Shown piece after piece: positions 50,383 through 63,072 of a stretch of 64,000 nt of DNA. This DNA comes from Camelus dromedarius (Eukaryota). A program made the translations under genes and the position numbers. The stretch covers positions 53,446,001 through 53,510,000 of the forward strand of contig NC_087437.1 of NCBI RefSeq assembly GCF_036321535.1, written 5' to 3'. The first letter of the stretch is position 1; the number at the start of each line of letters is the position of its first letter. The notes beneath the pieces were generated by a model. The model saw only the letters and a program-made list of their open reading frames with translations. It had not been told where the DNA came from and did not search any database.

Positions 50383-51489
50383 GGTTACTTCACCCTGACC
50401 AGGTGCAAGACAGAAAAGGAAAAGTTCTTTTGAAACCATTATGAGGAGGTAAAGCCTGAAAGCACACTTAACCTTGTGCAAAGATACTCAATAAATCTTT
50501 ACTAAATAAAGGACATCACCCCATGACCTGGCATCCTCTGCGTGCATTGTACTGAGGGCTAGAGGGACATAAAAGAGGCCAAAGTGCTCAAGGAATTTAA
50601 AATCTATTTATAGTGAGGGAGTTATAGAACAAAGATAAATCTCACATCAGAAAAATTTTTGAGTTCCAAACTTTTTGATAAATATGATAGCATTAATGGC
50701 CAAAGTGTACATGGGTCTTGATAGTCTCTTCCAGTTTAGTCATGGGCCTCACTCTAGCTCAGACCCTGGAATGGACTCAGCAATTAGGAGTACTGGGACC
50801 ACTAATGAGAACATCCACTTCTCTTGGGCCTAGAGCTCCACTCAAGGATCTATTTTACTGGCGGAGCCCATGACTGCCTTCAGAAGCTCTTTTGACGAGG
50901 AGGGGAGGGAACTCCCGTTAAATTGGAAACAGCTTTTTTTTTTTTTTCTGATAGCACGTTCATTTGAAGAAATCAAAACAATGCAGAAAAGCGAGTTTTA
51001 AAAATTCACACAAAATCTCACCCAGAAGATAAGGACTAACATTCAGGTGAACATTCTTCCAGGCAGTAGAAGGCTGTTTTAGGAGAGAGCTTGTCTGAAA
51101 ATTCCCAGCATTAGTGGCAATTATATTTTCCTTCACTGCTGTATTCCCAGTGCCTAGAGCAGTGACTGGTACATGATAGACGCGCCGTTAAGAGTTGGTG
51201 ACTGTATTACCACGTATGAGACTCAGTTTCCCCTTCTGTAAAATAAGCTAAGGCCTATTCGTAAGGCAACTGAGTTAAATGAAAGAATTGTGTAAACAAC
51301 AGTTCTGTGGTTGGCATATGCGTATATAATCAATAAATCAAATAAGTTGTTAGTATCTGTAAACACTAAAGGTTTAGTGCAAACTTATTAAAAATAATAA
51401 TAATAATAATAAGGTTTTTAACGTTATTGGATTACTCCATCCCCGCCAGAGGCTGCCAAAAAGTAACACCGCCCAAAGCAGGGCTCTGA

Positions 51490-52640
51490 GACATGCTGCG
51501 CTGAGCCACCGTTACACGAAGGGGTGCGCAATGCGTAGAAGGCGGCGAGACCGGAGCGCTGGTCCAGCCCCTGTGTGCGCTTCGACGGCAATGGAAAATA
51601 TCACAGGGAGAAGAGAAGGCGAAGGCGACCCCCGCAATGTCTCCGGCCGGTCACCTGTTCTCCCCGGCTCCCCGTGCGTGTTCCCGGGGCACTGCCTGGG
51701 CCTTTCAGTCACTCGTCTCCGGAACGAAGACGCCGCCGGCTCGTTCCTGGGGTTTCCGGGACAGGGGAAGGGCGAGGAGGTCTCGAAGTTTCAGCTCGGT
51801 CCCCCAAGATGAAAATATCAGGCCCCGAGCCGCCGACCGAGGACACTTAAGATTGTCTCCTCCGTCAGTACAGGCCCCACTTTCCCGCCACCGAACGGCG
51901 GGCGCAGGGGAGGGCGGGAATACGCAGTACGTCACACGTCATTTCCGGTGCCCAGAGCGCCCCACCTTAAGGGAGCCGGTTCTTCCTATTCCGTGGTATT
52001 TAAGCAAACGAGATACAGCCTTTTAGGGATGTAGACACTGGATAGGAATCACTGCGGATCACTCTGTCCCCGTGCATCCCTCCGACCGGATGCTGCAGGG
52101 CCAGGGAACTTGAGCGCGGCCGTCCCCGAAGAGACGCTGGGGCCGCAGACCGGCGCGTTCAGCCGACCGGAGCGGGAAGGGCTAGACGGGTGCTCACTCG
52201 GGAGGGGGAGGGTTCGTAAGGGCCTCGGATCCCGGAGGTCCTCTCTCTTTGTAGGTACGAGTCTGTAGAACCTGTACCGTACTGTTAATTCATTGGCAGC
52301 CATGGTGGGGGGGGGGGTCACCGGCATTTTTGCGGTGACACAATTTGGCTTGCAACCTGCTTCACCCCCCAAATGACGGGGGAGGCGTTTGTCCTTCGCC
52401 AGAAGAGGGCGCGCTGAAGATCCCTGTCCTCTCCCTTCCCATTCGTTGTCGCGGAGTAAACCGTGTGCGCTTCAAGGGCAGCGATCTCTGAAGATGCCTT
52501 TCTTTGCCCTTTTGGGTGCATATCGCTTATACCTCTATTTGTGTCTGCCCGTCGGTAAGAGGGAGGATCTTGCCGTGCAGCTATGGTCAGCTCATCCCAG
52601 AGCCCTGACCAGAAATCTGGTGGCGCAGACGCTCAATTAA
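51490..52640 (-). promoter_or_regulatory. RFC4 CpG-island promoter and non-coding exon 1 (boundaries unresolved) with E2F, CRE-half and ETS sites
   Basis: TTTCCCGCC 51881-51889; GGCGGGAA 51913-51920; ACGTCA twice at 51929-51941; ATTTCCGG 51941-51948. Confidence 0.8.
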
Positions 52641-54129
52641 AGTTAAATGATTGATAATGTTTACTGCGACCAGGGTGCACGCAGTGTGTGCTCTAGGCAA
52701 GTGTTCGAGGCCACCCTTTTTAACTTTATGCATTTGTCTAAGCTCTGGATTTTTCCTAAATGTTTTTGAAATCGGACCCTTTTGAAATATTACCTTAACT
52801 GCAGGCCTTTACTAATTACCGTAACCCGCAAGGTTGATCTGGGTCTTCTCCAAGTGAATGACCAAGTTTTATTTGGCACAAACTCGACATGATACTTTGT
52901 TAACTTTGTAAGTTTATTCATCTGCCTTTCAACAAATGCTTATGGAATGCCCATACATTCTGGGGATACAGCAGGGAACAAGTGGAAGGTCTTTGCCCTC
53001 AGGTAGCTTTACAGCCTAGGAGGGTGACAGGCAGTGCGATAGATGTGTGTTACGCAGAGGATGTAGGGGGCTCTGAGTACATACGTTCCAGGCCTAACCT
53101 AATCAAGGGGTTAACCAAATCAACTAAGGGTGCTTCATGCTATCTTGTAACTCCCACAGGCAAGGCCTAGTACAATCTCTGAATAGGATAAAAAGCACAC
53201 AGGTTACCTATCTGGTTACTGGTTTACATTGTCATAACTCATCAAAATGTTCATTTACTGTTTGTACATTTTATTGTATGTAAATTATATCTCAGTGCAG
53301 TTTATAAACCAAAGATCTGTGAAGGTAGGTGGTATTCATTTGCTACCTAAACACCTGAACCACACAGAGGGAGATATAATCACATTTTACAAAGGAGACT
53401 CAGCCTTAGATGGAGAAGGTTAACGGCAAATAAGCAAAGCCAGAATCCACATCTGGGACTGACTCTGGAGTTAAAGCTTGTATTAGTCACTGGGCAGGTG
53501 CAAGGCTGGCATGGAGGTGCCTTTATCCTAAGTAGAAAAAAAGACCTGAGTGGTAGACTGTTTGAGCAATTGGTTTAGAAAATGTCCCATATTCCTCCAG
53601 TATATTCAGCCTTTTGATGGAGTGAAAGAATTAGTGATTAGAAGAGCCTCGCCTGTATTTCAGTCTCCACTTGCCCCCTCAGCTGGCCATTCTATTCTTG
53701 AACACAACTAACAGGTAGCATTCTAACCCAGGTATTTTGTGAGTTTATCTGTGCCTGAAGTACTATCTCTGTCACCAGAACAAGAAATGTCATTATCTAA
53801 ATACGTAGTGTTTTTTTTGTATTATACATGGGTGCACATGTGATAAAACCAGTTAATAAATTTGTCTTTACTGTTTTTTAACGGATATTCATTCAGTTAC
53901 TATTATGTGGAGATTTGTGAAGTTTTTTCACTATTATAAAAGGGCTTTCAAAAGTTGAGTACAACTTTACTTAGTGTGTTGCCAAGACAGAACTGTACCT
54001 GGATTATGATGTATGGGTCCACTAGAAAAGGAAAAGACTTGGATGGTAAATAAAAGAAGACTGCTGTCAGGAGTGGGAGGAGTTAGACAGTGGGTGACTG
54101 TGTCAATTTTAAAAAAGGAAATGCAGGTG

Positions 54130-54905
54130 CAGTGGATGTTCTGGTGTGCCACCTTTTAGGACTGAGACACTCACTTCCCTAGGTGACAGCTCTCAGCTTA
54201 GTTCTCTCTAGCAATTGTCCTCAGCCAAACAGAGCCACTTTGCCCAAAGTCTCAGTCCTTCCTTGAGGCAGCCCACCTCCAAGGACCAGACTAGGAGAGG
54301 TATAAAGTCTTAGCCCCTTTGCCTTATGTGGCACAATTCATGGATTGTCCCAGCCCCAGATCTCTGAGCACTTGCATCACAGTACAACCTCTGACCAGTC
54401 CTGCTTCTCTGACCCCTCTCAGCTTTTGGTCCCAAGAATTACCAACTAATTAAAAACCTGTATGTAAACTTCAAAATCTCAGAATCTGTTTCCTAAAGAA
54501 TTCAGCCCATAGGATACTTACAAGACGTGGTCTTAGAAAAAGACTCAAAGATGAAATTTTGAAGTTGGATCATCTACCAGCCTTCTGGTAATGAGCGTCC
54601 CATCTCTGGTGGTAGTGGTGCATGGACAGCCCCTGGAATGTATGGCAATTGGTAAAACTTTCACCAGTGGCAAACAGGAATGGGATGCCAGTGGAAGGGA
54701 ACGTCCCAACAGATGCAATATCCCAGATGTTTAGGAAACAGTAACTATAAGAACTTTGGAGTTGGATGGCCATTGGGGGGGCCTCATTAATTAAATAATG
54801 AAAGCCAGTGAAAGACTGAGGGTGATTAATTGCCAATTCCAGACCAAATGTGAAAGCTAAAGGGTCTATTTGGCAGCATATGAAATGATACACATATCCT
54901 GCAGC
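54130..54905 (+). mobile_element. ERVL-type LTR (LTR16-like) plus internal fragment
   Basis: LTR-like end (aaatctcagaatctgtttcctaaagaattcagcc) followed by internal-like gatgaaattttgaagttggatcatc...ctggtggtagtggtgcatggacagcccctgg. Confidence 0.55.
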
Positions 54906-54914
54906 TGGAGAGCT

Positions 54915-55605
54915 AAGAAGGTAAAAGACCTGTACTCGGAAAACTACAAGGCACTGATGAAAGAAATTAAAGATGACACAAACAGATGGAAAGATATACT
55001 GTATTCTTGGACTGGAAGAACTAATATTCTTAAAATGACCATACTACCCAAGGCAATCTACAGATTCAATGCAATGCCTATCAAAGTACCAGTAACATTT
55101 TTCACAGAACTAGAACAAATCATTTTAAAATTTGTATGGATCAAAAGACCTCCAATAGCCAAAACAACCTTGAGAAAGAAGAACGGAGCTAGAGGCATCA
55201 TGCTCCTTGGCTTCAGACCATACTACAAAGTAATCGAAATAATATGGTACTGGCACTAAAACAGACACATAGATCAATGGGATAGAATAGAGAGCCCAGA
55301 AATAAACCCATGTACTTATGGTCAATTAACTTATGACAAAGGAGGCAAGGACAACAGAGAAAAGACAGTCTCTTCAATAAGTGGTGCTGGGAAAACTGGA
55401 CAGCTACATGTAAAAGAATGAAATTAGGACAGTCACTAGCACCATATACAAAAATAACCTCAAAATGGATTAAAGACCTAAATGTAAGACCGGATACTAT
55501 AAAACTCCTAGAGGAAAGCACAGGCAGAATACTCTTTGACATAAATCACAGCAATTTCTTTTTTTGATCCAAAGGAAACAAAAGCAAAAAATAAATAAAT
55601 AAACA
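54915..55605 (+). mobile_element. L1 ORF2 fragment, disrupted
   Basis: [54 protein letters not shown]...; stops and frameshifts follow. Confidence 0.92.
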
Positions 55606-56519
55606 AATGGGGCCAGGCACCATTCTTGATGGACGTACATAATACTAAACCTCTAAAATTGATATTGTTATCTTCATTTTTAGGTGAAAAAGTGATGCTT
55701 GTGACCTGTCAAGAACAAATCATGACTGTGCCGAGGGCCTGACTGCGATGAATAATCACTGGCTGGCTGGCTGGCACTTTCAAGTCAGTTTCCTCCCCTG
55801 GAAAACGAGAAGCTTTGACTAAGAAATGTTCTCTAAGGTTTTGTCTGATTCTAAGAATTCCTCGACTAGGAGCTATAGGAGTTCCAGAAGTGCAGAGATT
55901 TTGTGTCTGCCACCATGTAGCCCAGGGTCCAATGGAAGCACTGAGGGCACACAGAGTGGGAGGCAGTGTGTTAGAGCAGATGGCCTCAAAGGGACATCAT
56001 GGCAGGGATCTGCGTGATTTTCACCACCTCCCACAAAACCCCTTTCTCCTCCCTGTCCTCTTCTTTATCTGTTTTTCCTTTCCCATGTCCCTACCATTTC
56101 CCTTCTGCTTCTTTTTCTCTGGTGCTTTTCCAGCTGTGAGTTTAACCCATTAGTAGGTCATAAAATCAACTCAGTGGATCTGGACCAGCATTTTAAAAAA
56201 GTGAATTAACACAAACTGTTAAAGGGTATCAATCACAGTGAGGGTAATATTGTGTAAAACTTGTTTTAATATGTGTCTGCATGTGCCTGTACCCTACGTC
56301 AAGATATAAACTCTGTATTTTGTTTTATGACATTAGAAAATGCCCCGCTCTAGACAAGTGGGGGCCCCCACCCTCACCTGTGGGACCAGAAGCCAAGGGG
56401 GCCACGTGCACTAACAATCCCCAGCAGGGAAGTGGCATCTAGGACTTGTCAGTGCTTCAAGGGTTGGTACTCTTTCCAGCTCAGGCCTTGTCTGGAGGCA
56501 GGGAATGGCCCTGATGACC

Positions 56520-57635
56520 CCAAAATAACGTAGTCAACCCGCCGCCAGGTGTGCGGGAGCGCCGCTGTGCCAGCCCTGGACCCGGCTGAAGCACCACCGC
56601 CCAGTCCCGGCCCAACCTGCAGGATCCGCAGGAGAGAGGGGAAAGCAGCCCCAGCACCATGTCATCATTTCACCCCGGGAGCCACTTACCCTGCGAGTAG
56701 TGGCCGGAACTCGTCTTCAGGTTTTTCCGTTCCCACGTGGCCTCCCAATCCCGCCCACCCCCAGCTGCTTGTGTTCTCTGATGAGGCCTCAGGGCCCGGC
56801 TCCACCCCCCGGCCTCCCGGAGGACGGTTCTGGGGTCCCCAGCACCCTGCAATGTATGGAAGTACTGAGGCCACGGCCCCTGGAGACTCAGCCCTTCCGT
56901 TCACGTAGAAGTTGGTTATGGGCGAGGCTGCTCTGTTCCTCCTAAAAAGCCTTCCAGCGAGACCGCCATCCCTCCTTCCTCAATGTCTGCTCCTGGTCTA
57001 AGGGGATCCAGGTTGGATGGCCGCCCTAAAGAGGCGTCTCTGGCGGTTACTGCAGAGGCTCTTCAAGTCACATCTGGAGGAGGTTGGAGGCATCTCCCAG
57101 AGCCAGTTTCTCCTCCACCGTCCCCCTGCCCTCCACCCTCCCCGCTCCAAGTTCCAGGACCAGGATTTAAACCAGGCTTTGCTCCGGCCGCTGTGGCCGC
57201 CCCGGCCGCCTTCATTCCGGGGAAAACTCTGCTGTGGGCGCGGAGGCCGGCACCGCCCTTAAGCAGAAATAGCAAAGGGCCTCGGAGCCTGCGGATCCGC
57301 CTCCCTGGCCAGGGGCGACAGGGCCATCTTCTCGCAGCGGAAGAAGCAGCCTATGTCGGCCTGCGGCGCCCAGCTCTCCCCGCGCCGCCCGGCTGAGAAC
57401 CCCGCGACGTTCTACACGCGCTCGCGAGCGCGCAGGGTCTCGGCTGGAGACCCGTCGTAGAACCTGAAGCCGTTCGCTACGCGCCCGCGCCCGCGCAGGG
57501 ACTCGGCGCAGACCTCGCGGAGTCGGTCGAGACTCACTTGCGCGAGCACGGAGCCTAGGGTGTAGACCTCGCGGGGACCACGCCCCGGAGGGCTCTCCTG
57601 AGCCCGAGAGGCTCTCCAGCCAGCGGGACTGTATT
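56520..57635. promoter_or_regulatory. Orphan CpG island with no recognisable gene
   Basis: High GC and CpG, densest at 57180-57630; internal 63-nt degenerate direct repeat. Confidence 0.7.
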
Positions 57636-58180
57636 TTCATTTATTTTTAGCTAGTTAGTTTAATAGTTGTTTAATTTTGTAGTTTTCAGTTTATTTTCAC
57701 AGTTACTTTTTTCAAAGTTCGTTTTTAGTTATTCCAGTTGTTTTTTGAATTAGTTTTGAGAATTATTTACTTAAAATTATTTTTAGATTTAGCGTCTGAG
57801 TTTAGTTTTCTATTATTGTAATTTTGATTTATTTATTTTTGGTTTTGTTTTTGTCTATTTTTGTTATTTAACTTTTGACTTAATTTTGAGTCATTTTCAG
57901 TGTGACTCTTAGTTATTGTAGTTTTAGCTATATAGTTTTACATTTATTTAGTTTTTGAATTATTTAGTTTTTAGTTATTTATTTTTTGAACTATATTTTC
58001 AGACTTATTTAATTTTTTGTTTTTATTTTCTGAAAATTTTGTCATAGGTTTTCACCTATTTAGTTTTAAGCTATCTTCACAGCTATTTATTGTATTTATT
58101 GTCAGTTATTCCCTCTTTTTTAAATTTTTTAACTTACTAAGTTTTAAAGTTTATTTTCAAGATTACTTAGTTACAGAATA
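57636..58180 (+). repeat. Strand-biased T-rich low-complexity tract with recurrent TAGTT/AGTT
   Basis: tttagctagttagtttaatagttg...tttagtttttagttatt; the same style resumes at 58741-58810. Confidence 0.85.
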
Positions 58181-58184
58181 ACTT

Positions 58185-58735
58185 TCAGGGTCCAATCACT
58201 GATAGAGACCCCATATCGATTAGCACAGAGAAAGTATATATTGGAATATAATGGAGGTTTTAACTACAGGAAGCAGCTACCAGCTCAAGGGCTGAGGGAA
58301 CAAAGGGAAGAGATTGATGTGGCCCCACATAGCTGGGGGTAGCCCTCTGAGAAGGAGGGCTTTTCATTAGGACAGGTGCCCCAGGAAGTCAAAGATGGAC
58401 TTGGGAAATGGCTGCAGAACTCTAGGGAGGCGGCACTGCCAGCTGGTGCTGGAGGAAGGGGAGTGATGAGTCTGGTTGTGGAAGTGTTGGGGAAATGGCA
58501 GACTGCAGCTACTGGAACCAACTGTGACTCTCAGGATGAAGGCCAGTTGCTAGGGGAATGCTGACACCCAGGGAGGAGCATAACTCCCTCCCTTCCTTCA
58601 GCCTCTGGTCTTTTGCCCTGGCTGAGCCTGACACTACGAATCTGACAAAGGAGGTAAATGCCCCAACCACAAAGCAGAGGGCACAAGAGTGGGTGGGGAG
58701 CTGAGAGATCATGGCTAATAACCGGCACCCTGAGC
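58185..58735 (-). mobile_element. Old ERVL-type LTR interrupting the TAGTT tract
   Basis: tcagggtccaatcactgatagagacccca...ggaatataatggaggtttaactacagg resembles reverse LTR33/LTR16-class end; abrupt composition switch on both sides. Confidence 0.5.
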
Positions 58736-61232
58736 TCTGGCGTTGTTTAGTCTTAGAGTTAGTTTTGGATTTAGTTCATCTGGGAATTGATTTGAGTTTA
58801 ACTTTTCACTGGATGAGGGATCTGGCTGAGTCCTGGGGTCCCTGATTCGTTCCTGGAATGGAGTGGGTCAGCAAACACCTGGGGAGATTTCCCATGAGTC
58901 TCAAGAACATCACTGAAGAATTCAGGAAAACAAAATAGTGTGTCCACAAAGAAGCCCTTTGCTGTGTGGCTATTTGATTAGATGAGAAAGAATATAGAAC
59001 AATGAGATCAAAATCCCCTAAAATTTTTGGAAGAATTTTTCATATTCTTTATGGTTTTATAATATTGCCTCTTGTCCCCTAGAGATAACATGCTCCAACT
59101 GAAGTAGTTGGACTAAAGACAGCCTTGATTCTGTAAAATTTAGTGGTAATCGGAATGCATCCTGACACTAGCCATGCATTATGCAATACTTAGAGGAAAT
59201 AGAAATCATCTCAATCAGCATTTTCCAGATGTGTTTTTCAGAACCAGAAAGAGAATAGCAGAGATCAGCAATTTTCTCCCTCAAGTTGCAATATAGGAAA
59301 AAAGAAAGCATTTATCCAGGTGCAGAGAAGTCCTGTAGTAAGGAAACCTGCATACTTTTATCACCCTTTTCATTTCCCAGACTCTTTACAGAACTATTTC
59401 CTTTGTGGGATACCATGTGCTATGTAGAATAGTAAGCTGCTGCAACAAAAGCCCCAACAATATAATGGCTTAAACAATAGGTTTATTTTTATCTCAGGTA
59501 CCAGTCCAGGGCCAATAGGAAAACTACTCTGCTCCACACGGTCATTCAGGACTCCCAGGTTTCTTTTGTCTGATTTTTCCACCATCTGCTAAAACATCAT
59601 CTTTGTTTGTATGATCAAAACAGTGTCCCAGGCCTATAGTTAATGATATGTGTTGTGTACGTGGAAGTTGCTGAGAGTGGATCTTAAATATTCTCACCAC
59701 ACACAAATAAAGAGAGTTACTTGTGTTTGGTGATGGAGGTGTTAATTATCTTAATCTTGGTAATCATTTCACAATGTGTATGTATGTATATATATGTATA
59801 TGTGTATATATATATAATCATCACATTGTCTACTTTGAGTGTATACAATTATGTTTGTCAATAATTCTTGTAAAGTTGGGGGGAAAATGATATATAGTTC
59901 TAAAAAATAAACCCTTCCCCCACAAAACTTGGTCACAAGCATATCTGTGTCCTTGTTTACAGACAGGGAATAAATTGAAGGATCACATGTGTAATATTTT
60001 AAGATGCATCCGGAGTAGCATATATCACCTTCTCTCATATTCTACAGGGCAAAAGTTTGTCATATGGTAACTCCTATCTTCAAGAAAGGGTAGGAATTAA
60101 AGTTCGTATAATGGAGGCCATTTCTCAACTACCAGGCCATTCATATGTATCATGGTCACCCCACCAGCCTGCAGCGAAGCAGACACTAGAATCCATGTCT
60201 TGCAACTCCTGGTCCAGAGTTCTCATTGCCACACTAGCATTTCTGGACTCAGCCATTATATATGGAGTCCTCCTGTATGCCAAGCTCCATGTCAGAGTCC
60301 AAGGTTGGAAAGTTTTTTTTTTTTTCCAAGGTTGGAAAGTTTTATTAAACACACTCTCCCAGTTACATATCTATGGTATTATGAAGCTTTATAAATGGAT
60401 AAACTTTCAGATATGACTTTAATAGTTATAACTTAGAGCTTTGCATCATGCTGCTTTCATTGGTCATGAGGATACATACTCCTGTTGAGGAATAAACACA
60501 TGCAATGAACAGAATAGAGAATTATGAAATAGATACCCCCAATGCATTTGAAAAGTGAATGTATGAAAAAGACATTTAAAATTAGAATTAAAAAGATAAA
60601 TGTGTATTAAAACGGGTGTTGAGTTCACTAAGAATACAGAAAAAAATTAAGCTGGATTTTACCTTATTTTTTAAAGTACGAAGAATTACTTATGCAAGAA
60701 TCCAAAGCTCAGTTCTCTCAGTTGAATCAGGAAAACTCACATGACCCTACCCAGCCTTGAAAGCCCCCACTTACGTACAGGTAGATTGTGGACCAAAGAC
60801 TGCCAAATGTACTTGAAAGCCATTCAGATAGCTTTCTGCACTTCCAAAAAAATCCCACCCTACTAGAAATAGAAAATCCCAGCCTAAAAGAACACTCAAC
60901 CAAAGACTGTCTTAGGATTTCCTCCTTTCAGTCTATAAAATTCACCCTCCTTTCAGTCCCCTTCCAGTGTCTACTAGAATGAAAATGATGGTGGTGAATT
61001 CGTTATAATAGAAAGCTTTGAATAAACATCCCTTGATTAACTCTATGGGTGGTCTTTCTCCTTTTGACAAAATTATTACAGGTTAATCAAATAGTGAATT
61101 GAAAGGAAAAGAAATCATGAGCATCTAGAAGAAAACATATTTTAAAGAATAACTTTAAAATGGGAGATATCTTTTAGGCAACACACAAACTCTAGAGGCA
61201 AAAGGAAAATGTTAAAAAGTTAGGCTAAACAT

Positions 61233-61375
61233 GGGGGAAGGGTATAGCTCAGTGGTAGAATGTATGCTTAGGGTGCATAAGGTCATGGGTTCAATCCGCA
61301 GTACCTCCATTTAAAAAAAATGATAATAAACCTAATTACCTTCCCTCCAAAAAAATTTTTTTAATTAAAAAAAAT
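61233..61375 (+). mobile_element. Vic-1-like SINE
   Basis: ggggaagggtatagctcagtggtagaa...gggttcaatccgcagtacctcc...aaacctaattacc. Confidence 0.85.
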
Positions 61376-61419
61376 ACCTAACTACCAATTATATAGTTTT
61401 CTAACAGGAAACCAACATT

Positions 61420-62535
61420 TTTGTATAAAATATATTTTAAAAAGCAAGAGATATATAAAATTTCAAACCATATAACAAAGGATTAATTTCTTTGATATAC
61501 AAAGAACTTTAAAAATTACTAAAAATAACTCAGTAGGAAAAATGGATAAATAGAAATAAACACACAATTCATAGGAACATAAATACAGATAACCAATAAA
61601 TGTATAAAAATATACCCTCCTCACACACAATCAAAGAGATACTTTAAAAAAGATTTATTAGAATGTCAAATATTTAGGTGTTTGACAGTATCCAATATTG
61701 GTGAGGGTACAGGGAAACAGGTGTTCTCATACCATGTTGGAAGCAGTATAAATTGTTATTGAATTTTTGAAAGTCAATTTACAACAACTATCAAAATTTA
61801 AGACATGCACACCCCTTGATTCTGCAATTCCACTTCTAGAAATTTACCTTAAATATTGACTCATGCAAATGAACAAAGATTACATGTACAGAAATCTTCA
61901 GGTTTTTATGTATAGGTTTTTGTTTGGACATAGTTTCCATTTCTTTGGAATAAATGTTCAGTAATGGGACTGCTGCTTAATTTTTTAAGAAACTGCCAAA
62001 CAATTTTCCAGAATGGCTGTACCATTTTCCATTCCCACTGGCAAATCATGAGTGATCCATTTTCATTGTGTCCTTTCCCAAATTTAGTATTCTTGCTATT
62101 TTTTTTTGATCTTTAAAAAATTTTCCCCACCTTAAAAAATTATCATCCAAAGTCCATAGTTTATACTAGGATTCACTCTTGGTGTTATACATTCTGTGGA
62201 TTTTGACAAATGTATAGTGACCAGTATAATGGCATGTACCCCCTATCATGGTGTTTCTTACTGTTTTTAATTTTAGCCATTCTAGTAGGTGTGTAGTGAT
62301 CTCACTGCAGTTTTAATTTGCCTTTCCCTAATGGCTAATAATGTTGAAAACTTTTTTCATATGTTTGCCATTCGTATATAATAGGAAATAGGATATTCAT
62401 GAAATATCCTTCATGTTTGTTGCCCATTTTCTAATTGGATTTTTGTTTGTTTTACTGTTTCATTTTGAGAGTTTGTTGAATAATCTAAACATAAATTCTT
62501 CATCAGATGTGTGGTTTGCTAATATTTTCTCCCGG
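61420..62535. mobile_element. Old L1 fragments in both orientations
   Basis: gcaattccacttctagaaatttacc on +, then aactgccaaacaattttccagaatggctgtaccatttt on -. Confidence 0.65.
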
Positions 62536-62537
62536 TC

Positions 62538-63072
62538 TGTTGGGGGACTCATGGAGGGCCGGTGTCACGGGTTGGTAAAAGAATTTACCAAAGGCACGGA
62601 GAAATTTAAGAACAAAGGAAAGTTTAATAGGTTCTCTGCTACAGGCAGCTGTAGCAGAGGCTACACTGTAGGCACTTCTTGTCTGTGTGTCCACCGAGTG
62701 TGAACGTGCAGGGTCTTTTATTGAGGATGGGGCTGGGAACACAAAGGGCTAGGGGAACAGCTTTCTGATTGGCTATATGTGAGGTAAGGGGCTTTGGTAC
62801 ATGGGAGGATAGTGGATTTATGACTCCAGTAAGATGGAGACATGGGCTGACACAGACAAGGTAATGGAATTTATGATTCGGATAAGGGGGAGACGTGGGC
62901 TTGGACAAGTCAGCCTGAGCTACGGTGAGGCTAGCCATTCCCCAGGGCTGTTAATTCTGCGAAGGCAGACACCCGTCAGGACTTTATCTTCCGAAGAGGA
63001 GCAATCAGATGCCTAAGGGCTGGAAGTTTGGGGGACCGCAGGGCCTCAGCAGGCACCAGTTGGCACTGCACA
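62538..63072 (-). mobile_element. ERV solo LTR inserted in an L1 fragment
   Basis: TG...CA ends; TTTATT (AATAAA on -) about 62717; ATTGG (CCAAT on -) about 62768; L1 sequence resumes after 63072. Confidence 0.6.

Noticed and set aside
50383..50481. N-terminal extension of RFC4 suggested by the ORF track
   Set aside because: Lies mostly upstream of the exon 2 acceptor at about 50394, so it is intronic.
51512..52640. Overlapping ORFs in the RFC4 CpG island
   Set aside because: GC-rich artefacts; RFC4 translation starts at 50382.
54870..55259. 129-aa ORF as a host gene
   Set aside because: L1 ORF2 fragment, truncated and disrupted.
57212..57640. 142-aa Arg-rich minus-strand ORF as a protein gene
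   Set aside because: Composition follows from the CpG island; no recognisable domain. Kept only as part of the orphan-island finding.
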